Translations under genes and position numbers: made by a program
Assembly: GCA_965197745.1 (NCBI GenBank)
Contig: CBDANS010000006.1
Span: 1,248,001-1,312,000 of the forward strand
Direction of reading: 5' to 3'
DNA from: Opitutales bacterium
GTDB lineage: Bacteria; Verrucomicrobiota; Verrucomicrobiia; Opitutales; PNEW01
Length of the DNA: 64,000 bases
Part shown: piece by piece, positions 17,804 through 25,871 of the stretch
Position numbering within the stretch: position 1 is the first letter of the stretch
Layout: the number at the start of each line of letters is the position of its first letter
The notes under the pieces: generated by a model
Told to the model about the DNA's origin: nothing
Database searches by the model: none
Seen by the model: only the letters and a program-made list of their open reading frames with translations

Positions 17804-19144
17804 TTAGCGTTTCCCAAAAACTTTTGGAGTCGGCATCTTACTGCGTATTTCAGTGAGCACTTCACCCGTCACTCTGTTTATATTATTTTTCAAGCAATAG
17901 CTTTCGACGGACTTTTTTACCATTCCGCGGACAAATGCGGGGATTTCTTTCATGCGTTCTTTTGCCTCGAATTCCCATTCAATTGATCCGGAATTATCCA
18001 GGTCGTGGGGGAGGCCATATTCCATTCCGGGACGGTTATTGATTGCCTCCTTTGAATACTTTCCCGGGGTGTAATCACAGAGCGGATCTTCGGCCATATA
18101 ATCTCCGGTGACCCCATAAGCGCGGGCGCGGCACCCGCCACAAACACCGTTAAATTCGCAGGTCCCACAACGGTCGCCAAGATTGTTTCTTTGACGGATT
18201 TTTAAAAATAAATCCGATTGGTTCCAGATCTCCTCCATCGTTTGATCCTCTAAATTGCCACCGAAATCGGGGAGATAAGGACAAGGGGTCATGTCTCCAT
18301 TGGGACGTATGCCCATGTACTGGGTTCCGGCCGGACAGCCACCCGCACCCCCGGTGAATGATTTTAAAAACCTGGAGTCAGGATCTTCCTCATAAAGGTG
18401 TTTTGCGTAATGAGGCGCGCACTTGGCATTGGTAATCATTTTCCCCTCATATTTTTTCTGGACTAGAGAAAGGGTCGTTAAGACCGCATTGTATTGATCG
18501 GGGCTGATATCAGAAACAAACTGTCCGCGCCCTGTAGGCACTAAAAAATAGAGGTTAAAAACTTTGGCCCCCATTTCTTCATAAGCGAAATCGGCTATAA
18601 CTTCAATCTTACCAAGATTATGTTTTCCCACCGTCGTTTGGACTATAAAAGAGAGACCTGTTTTATGTAATACCTTTGCCCCATTAACCGTGTTTTCCCA
18701 GGCGCCTTTTACCCCGCGAAACCGGTCGTGGAGTTCGGGGTCGAGAGCGTCAAGCGAGAGTGACAGTCCACGCAAACCGCTTTCTTTTAATATCCCGGCC
18801 AGGTTTTCTGTAATGAGAACACCATTGGTTCCACAAACTACCCAAAGTTCCTTTTCACTGCCATATTTAATGATTTCGAGGATATCTCTCCGCAGCAACG
18901 GCTCGCCTCCGGTGAGAATAGTTAATGCTTCAGGGGCAAAGTCAGCGATCTGATCAATGATCGTCTTACATTGTGCGGTGTTAAGTTCGCTGCGATCAGA
19001 AAATCCATCGGTGCTTAACCGGCGAACATCCTTTCCCCCCGCGTCGAGATAACAATGCTCACATTTTAAATTACACCGGTTTGTCAAATTCCACGATATA
19101 ACATATGGCCGCTGGAATTTATTGTTAGATGCTTCGTTTAACAT
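17804..19144 (-). CDS. Radical SAM/SPASM enzyme (AhbD/NirJ-like) with a C-terminal PCP_red domain
   Basis: WNLTNRCNLKCEHCY, TGGEPLLR, LVPTGRG, GGCPAG, TPCPY, CGTCEFNGVCGGCRARAY, EDPLC; C-terminal WEFEAKERMKEIPAFVRGMVKKSVE. Confidence 0.9.
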   Translation of the reverse strand: MLNEASNNKFQRPYVISWNLTNRCNLKCEHCYLDAGGKDVRRLSTDGFSDRSELNTAQCKTIIDQIADFAPEALTILTGGEPLLRRDILEIIKYGSEKELWVVCGTNGVLITENLAGILKESGLRGLSLSLDALDPELHDRFRGVKGAWENTVNGAKVLHKTGLSFIVQTTVGKHNLGKIEVIADFAYEEMGAKVFNLYFLVPTGRGQFVSDISPDQYNAVLTTLSLVQKKYEGKMITNAKCAPHYAKHLYEEDPDSRFLKSFTGGAGGCPAGTQYMGIRPNGDMTPCPYLPDFGGNLEDQTMEEIWNQSDLFLKIRQRNNLGDRCGTCEFNGVCGGCRARAYGVTGDYMAEDPLCDYTPGKYSKEAINNRPGMEYGLPHDLDNSGSIEWEFEAKERMKEIPAFVRGMVKKSVESYCLKNNINRVTGEVLTEIRSKMPTPKVFGKR

Positions 19145-19161
19145 TGTTTAACAATTAATCG

Positions 19162-19192
19162 ATGTGATGCAGGATACTGGATACATGATGCA
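19162..19192. repeat. Left arm of a 31-bp imperfect inverted repeat made of degenerate 7-mers (GATGCAG)
   Basis: ATGTGATGCAGGATACTGGATACATGATGCA; its first 14 bp are identical to the reverse complement of 19617-19647. Confidence 0.8.
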
Positions 19193-19203
19193 AGTATTAT
19201 GAA

Positions 19204-19590
19204 TCAGGTTTTATGCTTTTCTATAACAGATTCTCTAAACCTATATATCTTGGCTCCCAATACATCGTAATCACACTTTATAGCTTCAAAATTCTCAATC
19301 TTGAGTGAACCTGTTTCAAAAAGTAAGTCTAAATGCGTTCTTGTCTCGTCACATGATGCTATCGCATAAATTAAGAATTTTAGAAAATCATTTTTATACA
19401 ATCTTCTGCCATACCCTTCTACAATATTTGTAACTATGGATTTCGATGATCGCCGTATTTGACTTCCTTCTTCATACATTTCGAAATTAGGAAGTTCATT
19501 GATTGTAATCTTATGTATTTTAACTGCTAGTTGCTTTGACAAATTAAAAATCTCAAGATCCTTATAAGATTGTTTGTTCGTATTTATCAC
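19204..19590 (-). CDS. Four-helix-bundle protein (23S rRNA IVP / TIGR02436-like family)
   Basis: SYKDLEIF, FEMYEEGSQIRRSSKSIVTNIVEGYGR, FLIYAIASCDETRTHL; noticeably AT-richer than its neighbours. Confidence 0.92.
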   Translation of the reverse strand: MINTNKQSYKDLEIFNLSKQLAVKIHKITINELPNFEMYEEGSQIRRSSKSIVTNIVEGYGRRLYKNDFLKFLIYAIASCDETRTHLDLLFETGSLKIENFEAIKCDYDVLGAKIYRFRESVIEKHKT

Positions 19591-19616
19591 TGATTATTTT
19601 CATTCAATATTGAACA

Positions 19617-19647
19617 TGCATCCCGCATCCTGCATCCTGCATCACAT
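19617..19647. repeat. Right arm of the 31-bp imperfect inverted repeat (TGCATCC 7-mers)
   Basis: TGCATCCCGCATCCTGCATCCTGCATCACAT; overlaps the stop codon of the upstream gene. Confidence 0.8.
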
Positions 19648-20142
19648 TTCAAATTCTTCTTTCGCGCGATCGAGGCATTCTTCGTTGACTTGAGTGAAAC
19701 CATTTTCACGGGCGAATTTTTCTATGCCCTTTTTTGCCATGGGGCGGGCAAATTCAGGAATTTTCTGTAATCGGACCATCGCTTGTGCCGTCCAATTAAT
19801 TTCACTATTATCGTCATCATTACTTTCCACCGTGTCCATCATTGCGTCGCGTGCCATCTGGGAGAATGGACATTTAGAAGCGGGTTCAGATTTGACCTCG
19901 TTGATGTCGCCGCTTTCATCCAGCGTGATCCCCTGAGATTTGGACACCGTTTCTCCGCCGATTTCTACTCCCATCGAGGTGACCATCTGGGTTTCGAAAG
20001 CATTAGTGAGCATCGCGATTTCAATCAGGCACTCCGGACATTCGTAGCGAATAGAGAGGGAGCCATGATCATCCGGTTTTAAGGGTGCTTCGCTTTTTAC
20101 CAGTTTCATCTGGGTATTACAGGATGTGCATAAGAATTTCAT
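19642..20142 (-). CDS. Zn-ribbon-like (CxxC...CxxC) protein with a C-terminal PCP_red domain
   Basis: CTSC...CPEC; KCPFS in the linker; WTAQAMVRLQKIPEFARPMAKKGIEKFARENG. Confidence 0.85.
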   Translation of the reverse strand: MKFLCTSCNTQMKLVKSEAPLKPDDHGSLSIRYECPECLIEIAMLTNAFETQMVTSMGVEIGGETVSKSQGITLDESGDINEVKSEPASKCPFSQMARDAMMDTVESNDDDNSEINWTAQAMVRLQKIPEFARPMAKKGIEKFARENGFTQVNEECLDRAKEEFEM

Positions 20143-20144
20143 GG

Positions 20145-21026
20145 TCAGGCCTCCAAGGTATTAATTATTTTTTTTGCGATATTTTGGAGAGAAATGTTAG
20201 TGGGGGAATCACCGGTGCATTCGGTAATCGTTCCACGATCACAATGTTCTGCCACCGCTGGATCAAAGGGGACAGTGCCCAGTAAGGGAACATCCCATTT
20301 CGGATTACCCGAGGGGAACAACGGTTTGATTTCATCAGAGTCCGCGCAGTAATAGCCACTCATGTTTTCTATATACCCGATTATGGGAGATGCCGTTTTA
20401 CTAATGGCCACGACTGAGCGAGTGACAACACCTTGAGAAACTTCAGAGGGAATGGTGATGATAATGAAGTTAGTTTTATCACCAAAGAATTCTGCAAACT
20501 GAAAGCATCTTTCAGCGCCGGGTGGAAGGTCAATAATAAGAAAATCCAATTTCCCCCAGTCAGTATCAGCGAGGAAATCGGAGAGGGTAGCAAATTCTTT
20601 TGTCGCCCGCCAGACATGGGAATCGCCGCTAGCCACACTTTTAAAGTCTACAGCTTCCGTTTCCGGCACGAGGGTTCCGAATGATATAACACCAATGCCT
20701 GACCTGGTTTTTGGAACAACGAGACCATTTTCTCCCGGGATGAGTGGAGCCTCGGTGAGGCCCGCGAGGCGAGCCAGGGCCGGACCGTTGATGTCGGCAT
20801 CAAGGAGGGAGACACTATTTCCTAATCCGTTCAGAGTGGACGCGAGATACATCGTAATTGTGCTTTTACCTACGCCACCCTTACCGGAACCGACGGCGAT
20901 GATGTGTTTAATGCCAGCGAGATTTTTTTCGATTTTGGCTTTGTGGGATACGACCTGACCCATAATGTCAGAACCCCCGTCTCCTCTGAGATCGGAGTAA
21001 GATTTTATATCACTCGAGTCACCCAT
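20145..21026 (-). CDS. Mrp/ApbC/NBP35-family P-loop ATPase
   Basis: SGKGGVGKST, LLDADINGP, WGKLDFLIIDLPPG, GYIENMS. Confidence 0.92.
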   Translation of the reverse strand: MGDSSDIKSYSDLRGDGGSDIMGQVVSHKAKIEKNLAGIKHIIAVGSGKGGVGKSTITMYLASTLNGLGNSVSLLDADINGPALARLAGLTEAPLIPGENGLVVPKTRSGIGVISFGTLVPETEAVDFKSVASGDSHVWRATKEFATLSDFLADTDWGKLDFLIIDLPPGAERCFQFAEFFGDKTNFIIITIPSEVSQGVVTRSVVAISKTASPIIGYIENMSGYYCADSDEIKPLFPSGNPKWDVPLLGTVPFDPAVAEHCDRGTITECTGDSPTNISLQNIAKKIINTLEA

Positions 21027-21189
21027 TTAATTAATCAGGTTGTGTGTTGATTCTATATAATTGTGTTTCTAATCGCAGATTTTACCGAAATAAACATTGG
21101 CATCGAATTCTATCGACACAACTTAAATATATTAATTGTTTTTTGATATGCGGTTACAACTTTATCTTAAGTAAATTTAAGTTAATAAC

Positions 21190-21531
21190 ATGCTTAGCTA
21201 TAGTCTGTTAAAAACATTTCATCTTACAGGAATCTTTCTTTTTTTGACGGCCCTATCGATACTGTTTTTCTCCGATAAATATAGCCGTCTTTTTAAAGTA
21301 ATTTCTCATGTGTCATTGCTCGTTATTTTGATTACCGGATTGGGATCGGTTGTCCATTTAAGTATTGGAGTACCGCCATGGGTGATAGGAAAATTTATAC
21401 TTTGGCTTGTATTATCCTTTGCCGGGATTTTTGCAGCCACGAAGTTGAGAAAGTATCGCTTAACGGCTTATATCATACTAATATTTCTCGCTTCCACTGC
21501 CGCCTTCCTCGCGGTCCATAAACCATTTTGA
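21190..21531 (+). CDS. Small 4-TM membrane protein of unknown function
   Basis: Four hydrophobic segments, His in TM1 and TM2, W..GKF..W, C-terminal KPF. Confidence 0.75.
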   Translation: MLSYSLLKTFHLTGIFLFLTALSILFFSDKYSRLFKVISHVSLLVILITGLGSVVHLSIGVPPWVIGKFILWLVLSFAGIFAATKLRKYRLTAYIILIFLASTAAFLAVHKPF

Positions 21532-21773
21532 ATTTGGAACTCAGGAACTGGGTGTTTGCATTTAAAATACAGGGTATAAAAAGAAGGTGCGCCTTTTTTA
21601 TAATAATCCAGGTGGACGCGACAACACGCGTCCCTCCGGAATAAAGTATAGTGGGAGGGCCACGCGTCGTCGTGGCCGTATAAAAATAATGGACTGTCTG
21701 TACACACCGTTTTTCCCGGTCATGCTGCATCCCCGACAACTCAACTTCAACTACCCTGAGTTCCAAATTTAAA
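21527..21773. mobile_element. MITE/REPIN-like non-coding element
   Basis: Perfect 15-bp inverted repeat AATTTGGAACTCAGG (21531-21545) / CCTGAGTTCCAAATT (21755-21769), enclosing two inverted REP-like hairpins at 21614-21637 and 21654-21677. Confidence 0.6.
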
Positions 21774-21813
21774 TTACGTCGTTAATCGTTAATTCTTAAA
21801 TACACTCAATAAA

Positions 21814-22689
21814 TCAATTTTGGTGTGATAAATGCGTAAGTTCCTGTAAGATGTCATCGGGTGTCCATTCATTTCCCTTGTAGATCTTAATCAGTATACC
21901 CGAGGCGTCGATAATAACGGTTCTCAAGTTGTGCGTAATGTCCACTGCCTCACCACCGTCCTGAATGATCGTGAATCCAAATTGTTCAGCGAAATTTATG
22001 ATACTTTCACGATCACCGGTAAGAAAATTCCAAAACGCATAGTCCGCCTGCAATGCGTCACCGTGTTTTTTCAGCACTTCAGGGGTATCGAAGACGGGAT
22101 CTAAACTGATCGATAATAATTTTGTTTTATGACTTAAGTCTCCAGCTTTCTTGAATTCTTCCTGCAATGTATTGAAGTGAAGATCCATGAGAGGACAAAA
22201 ATTGGGTAAGGGGCAACGGGTATAAGTAAAAGTTAGAATAAGATTATTACCTCGAAAGTCCCCTAATTTACGTGAGTGATTATCCTGGTCAATAAAGGTT
22301 GCGTTGGGAATGACATCGCCTTTCTTGAGTAGCGGGACGCCGCTTGTAGGATGCTTCAAGGGTTCAATGCTGATGGGCTCATCGAAACCGGTTTTTACGA
22401 GATCCGTGAGGTAGGCTTCTTTTTGTGTCACTACAAGTTTGGCCTCAATAATGTCCCCGGGCATTCTTCCCTCAAGTAAGGTGACATCTTTAACTTTAAA
22501 AGGCATGGTCATGGCGGGCATGAAGCCTGGTATTTCTTCATGTCTAATCGTGATTTCATTATTCAAAGAATAAATGGAAATTACCTGACCGCGCAGATCG
22601 TAGATGACTTCTCTAGGGGCGGGACGGCAGGATATACAGAGGGCGAAGAGGATAATTATCGAAATAAATAAGCGATGCGTAGATAGCAT
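21814..22689 (-). CDS. CusF-like copper-binding domain fused to SCO1/SenC; probable lipoprotein
   Basis: Lipobox-like CISC; HEEIPGFMPAMTMPF; YTRCPLPNFCP; SISLDP..DTP; ITHNLRT. Confidence 0.9.
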   Translation of the reverse strand: MLSTHRLFISIIILFALCISCRPAPREVIYDLRGQVISIYSLNNEITIRHEEIPGFMPAMTMPFKVKDVTLLEGRMPGDIIEAKLVVTQKEAYLTDLVKTGFDEPISIEPLKHPTSGVPLLKKGDVIPNATFIDQDNHSRKLGDFRGNNLILTFTYTRCPLPNFCPLMDLHFNTLQEEFKKAGDLSHKTKLLSISLDPVFDTPEVLKKHGDALQADYAFWNFLTGDRESIINFAEQFGFTIIQDGGEAVDITHNLRTVIIDASGILIKIYKGNEWTPDDILQELTHLSHQN

Positions 22690-22794
22690 TATAATAAATC
22701 GACTAACCCGGGAGGAAGCGCTGTTCCCCGCGCGATTAGCAATAAAAATTCTATTCAGTGGGTGCTGAGGGACCAGCCGTTATTATGCAAATTA

Positions 22795-23661
22795 TCAAAT
22801 ATCACTGGACTCGCTTAACGGCGTAAATAACAGTTTTACATCGGGATCGGGGTGGGGGATTGCTGAAAGCAGCATGCGGGTGTAAGCGTGCTGCGGATTT
22901 TCAAAAATAGTTTCTGTATCTTCTATTTCTACAAGTTTTCCCCGATGCATAACGGCAACGCGGTTGCTTATATGTCGCACTACGCTGAGGTCGTGAGCGA
23001 CAAAAATATAGGTTAAATTTAATTCTTCCTGAAGGTCTTCAAGCAAATTAATTACCTGGGCTTGCACCGAAACATCTAGCGCTGATACTGCTTCATCGGC
23101 GACCACTAATGAAGGGCGCATGATGAGAGCGCGAGCAATGCCGATCCGTTGTCGTTGACCACCACTGAATGCATGGGGATAACGTTGCCGGTGTTCCGGT
23201 TTCATTCCCACTTTGACGAGCATATCATCAACGCGATCGATCAATTCCTTGCCCTTGGCCAATTTATGGATAAGCAATGGTTCACCCACTATATCTCCTA
23301 CTGTCATCCGTGGGTTGAGGGAGGAAAAAGGATCTTGAAAGATCATTTGCATTTGGGTGCGCAAAGGTTTGAGTTCACTTTCCGTTAATTTAACTAAATT
23401 GATCGTTTTTCCGTTGGTTCTGAAAAGAGCTTCCCCGCTTGTCGGTATGAGTGCGCGCAGAAGGGTTCGCGCACAGGTGGTTTTACCTGACCCACTCTCG
23501 CCAACCAACCCGAGTGTTTCCCCGGGATTGAGCTTGAAACTGACATCGTCGACAGCCTTAACAACATCTATCTGTTTTCTTCCAAAACCCTGGCTGTAAA
23601 CCGGAAAATGTTTACTGAAATGGGTTACTTCGAGTAAAGGTTCTATAGTCCTGTCATTCAT
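22795..23661 (-). CDS. Oligopeptide/dipeptide-type ABC ATPase (OppF/DppF-like)
   Basis: [39 protein letters not shown]. Confidence 0.95.
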   Translation of the reverse strand: MNDRTIEPLLEVTHFSKHFPVYSQGFGRKQIDVVKAVDDVSFKLNPGETLGLVGESGSGKTTCARTLLRALIPTSGEALFRTNGKTINLVKLTESELKPLRTQMQMIFQDPFSSLNPRMTVGDIVGEPLLIHKLAKGKELIDRVDDMLVKVGMKPEHRQRYPHAFSGGQRQRIGIARALIMRPSLVVADEAVSALDVSVQAQVINLLEDLQEELNLTYIFVAHDLSVVRHISNRVAVMHRGKLVEIEDTETIFENPQHAYTRMLLSAIPHPDPDVKLLFTPLSESSDI

Positions 23662-24689
23662 ACGCTGGTTGACTCCTTATAATTTCTCACACCGCAGCAG
23701 GCTACCTGACGACCATTGGGCAAGGTCTCCATGACCGGGTTATCTCCTACGTCACAGATGCCGGGAATCGAGTCCGGACAACGCGGGTGAAAGGGGCACC
23801 CCGTAGGTAGATGGGTCAGTGATGGCACGTTGCCCATAATCGAGGATAGCCGAGCCTGTTTCGTTTCATTTCTTGGCAACGACTTTAAAAGCCCAGCGGT
23901 ATAGGGGTGGAGGGGGTCTTTTAAGACTTCACGTACCGAAGCCTGTTCGACCAGTCTCCCCAAGTACATAACCGCGACGTCATCAGCAATCTGTGCTACA
24001 ACGCCCAGGTCGTGGGTGATAAATATTACGGAGGTCCCCCGGTCTCGCTGTAAATTTTTGATCAATTCAAGAATCTGAGCCTGGATCGTGACATCGAGTG
24101 CGGTTGTCGGCTCATCGGCGATAAGCACTTCAGGTTGGCAGACTAAAGCCATGGCGATGACTACGCGTTGGCGCATACCACCACTGAATTCGTGTGGATA
24201 TTGTCGAAATCGGCGTTCTGGTTCAGGGATGCCAACTTCACCAATCATATCGATGGCTCGTTTTTCGGCCTCCTTTACCGTGACATTCTGGTGGAGGAGA
24301 ATTGCCTCACATATCTGGTTGCCGATGGAGTGGACCGGACTGAGAGCCGTCATGGGCTCCTGGAATATCATACTGATGAGGCCACCTCGCACATCGTAGA
24401 GGGTGTCCGACTTTGTGTTTAATGCAGTTATCTCTATGGACTTACTGTTTTTCGGATAGAGAGTAATTTTACCGCCAGCAATCTGCCCCGGTTTCTGAAT
24501 CAAGCGGAGTATGGAAAAAGCAGTTACACTTTTTCCACACGCGCTCTCCCCTACGATGGCGAGAACTTTACCTCGCTCCAACGAAAAGGTCACGCCATCC
24601 ACTGCGGAGAGGACGCCCTCTTCTGTCGTGAATGTAACTTTGAGGTCTTCGACACTCAAAACAATTTCTTTTTCTTCGTTTTGTATCAT
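23658..24689 (-). CDS. Oligopeptide/dipeptide-type ABC ATPase (OppD/DppD-like)
   Basis: [45 protein letters not shown] 24689 just after the permease stop is the likely start. Confidence 0.95.
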   Translation of the reverse strand: MIQNEEKEIVLSVEDLKVTFTTEEGVLSAVDGVTFSLERGKVLAIVGESACGKSVTAFSILRLIQKPGQIAGGKITLYPKNSKSIEITALNTKSDTLYDVRGGLISMIFQEPMTALSPVHSIGNQICEAILLHQNVTVKEAEKRAIDMIGEVGIPEPERRFRQYPHEFSGGMRQRVVIAMALVCQPEVLIADEPTTALDVTIQAQILELIKNLQRDRGTSVIFITHDLGVVAQIADDVAVMYLGRLVEQASVREVLKDPLHPYTAGLLKSLPRNETKQARLSSIMGNVPSLTHLPTGCPFHPRCPDSIPGICDVGDNPVMETLPNGRQVACCGVRNYKESTSV

Positions 24690-24693
24690 CTTA

Positions 24694-25869
24694 TCAGTTG
24701 GTATGAGAAGAGTAGGGATCGGCGGCGTCGCGGAGGCCGTCACCCATAAAGTTAAATGCGAGGACTGTTAGGATTATGGATATTACAGGCATAAGAAGCC
24801 ACGGGTAATTGGCTACAACTTGCAGATTCATGCACTCCTGGAGCATGACCCCCCAACTCACAATGGGCGGACGCAGCCCCAAACCTAAAAAACTCAAAGC
24901 CGTCTCCCCGAGGATCATGCCGGGGACACTCAAGGTCAGGGTCACAATTATATGGCTGGTAAACCCGGGCAGCAGATGACGGAATATTATACGCGCGTGG
25001 CTGGCCCCTAAGAGATAGGCTGCGACGGCATAATCTTCTTCACGCAGTGATAGGATTTTTCCGCGAACTACACGGGCGAGTCCTGTCCAGGACAGAAGGC
25101 TGAGGACAATAGTAATAGCAAAATAGACTCTTAATGCCGGCCAGTCGCTAGGCATAATGGCCGCGAGGGCGAGCCATAACGGTAATTGGGGAAAGGCGTT
25201 TACGATTTCAATGGTGCGCTGGATTAAGTTATCGACATGGCCGCTGATATATCCGGATATGCCACCGATTGTAACTCCCAGGATAAATGTGATGACAATG
25301 GCTACGATCCCGATGGAAAGACTGATGCGGGAGCCGTAGACAATACGGCTGAAGATATCGTGGCCAAATTTATCAGCGCCGAGAAAATAGAAAGTTGGCA
25401 GTGATGTTTCCTCTTCACTAACGGGAGCCTGGTAAGCTTCGTGATCTACCCCCAGGAATCGGCGTTCCATCGGGATCATGCCCCATAATTTGTAGGGTTC
25501 GCCTTTCACAAAAAATTTCAAGGGAATGAAATCATTTTTTTGTTCGATGTAATATTTTTTAAAAGTAATTGGATCGATATTGCGATGCATGGCCTTGACG
25601 TTGACGCCATGGGTAAAATTAAACTGGGGCAATTGTGGGGGACAATAAGCATGATCGAGATCGCGCCAATCCCTTCCATAGGGCGCGAAAAATTCCGCAA
25701 AGATAGCCATGAGGTAGAGCACAATTAAAACGTAGAGTGAAGCCACCGCCAATCGATGCTTGGAAAAACGCAAACGGATAAGTTGCCACTGGGAGAGAGT
25801 TGCGGTGCTCTGTTCTATCAGCTCATCATCACCGTTCAGAGGGAGGGGTGGTGTTTCAATATCTGCCAC
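24694..25869 (-). CDS. ABC permease (OppC/DppC-like)
   Basis: LGADKFGHDIFSRIVYGSRISL, EAA loop REEDYAVAAYLLGAS, ETALSFLGLG, GDGLRDAADP. Confidence 0.95.
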   Translation of the reverse strand: MADIETPPLPLNGDDELIEQSTATLSQWQLIRLRFSKHRLAVASLYVLIVLYLMAIFAEFFAPYGRDWRDLDHAYCPPQLPQFNFTHGVNVKAMHRNIDPITFKKYYIEQKNDFIPLKFFVKGEPYKLWGMIPMERRFLGVDHEAYQAPVSEEETSLPTFYFLGADKFGHDIFSRIVYGSRISLSIGIVAIVITFILGVTIGGISGYISGHVDNLIQRTIEIVNAFPQLPLWLALAAIMPSDWPALRVYFAITIVLSLLSWTGLARVVRGKILSLREEDYAVAAYLLGASHARIIFRHLLPGFTSHIIVTLTLSVPGMILGETALSFLGLGLRPPIVSWGVMLQECMNLQVVANYPWLLMPVISIILTVLAFNFMGDGLRDAADPYSSHTN

Positions 25870-25871
25870 AA

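Noticed and set aside
17804..19144. RiPP cluster built on the radical SAM/SPASM enzyme
   Set aside because: No precursor peptide, PqqD/RRE domain, peptidase or exporter is visible; the motifs fit the AhbD/NirJ-like group better.
19204..19590. Diversity-generating retroelement (Avd-like gene)
   Set aside because: No reverse transcriptase and no template/variable repeat pair differing at adenines in the window.
15625..21026. Chlorophyll biosynthesis or phototrophy because of PCP_red domains
   Set aside because: No BchN/BchB catalytic domains or other bch/chl genes are present, and the ATPase has Mrp rather than BchL motifs.
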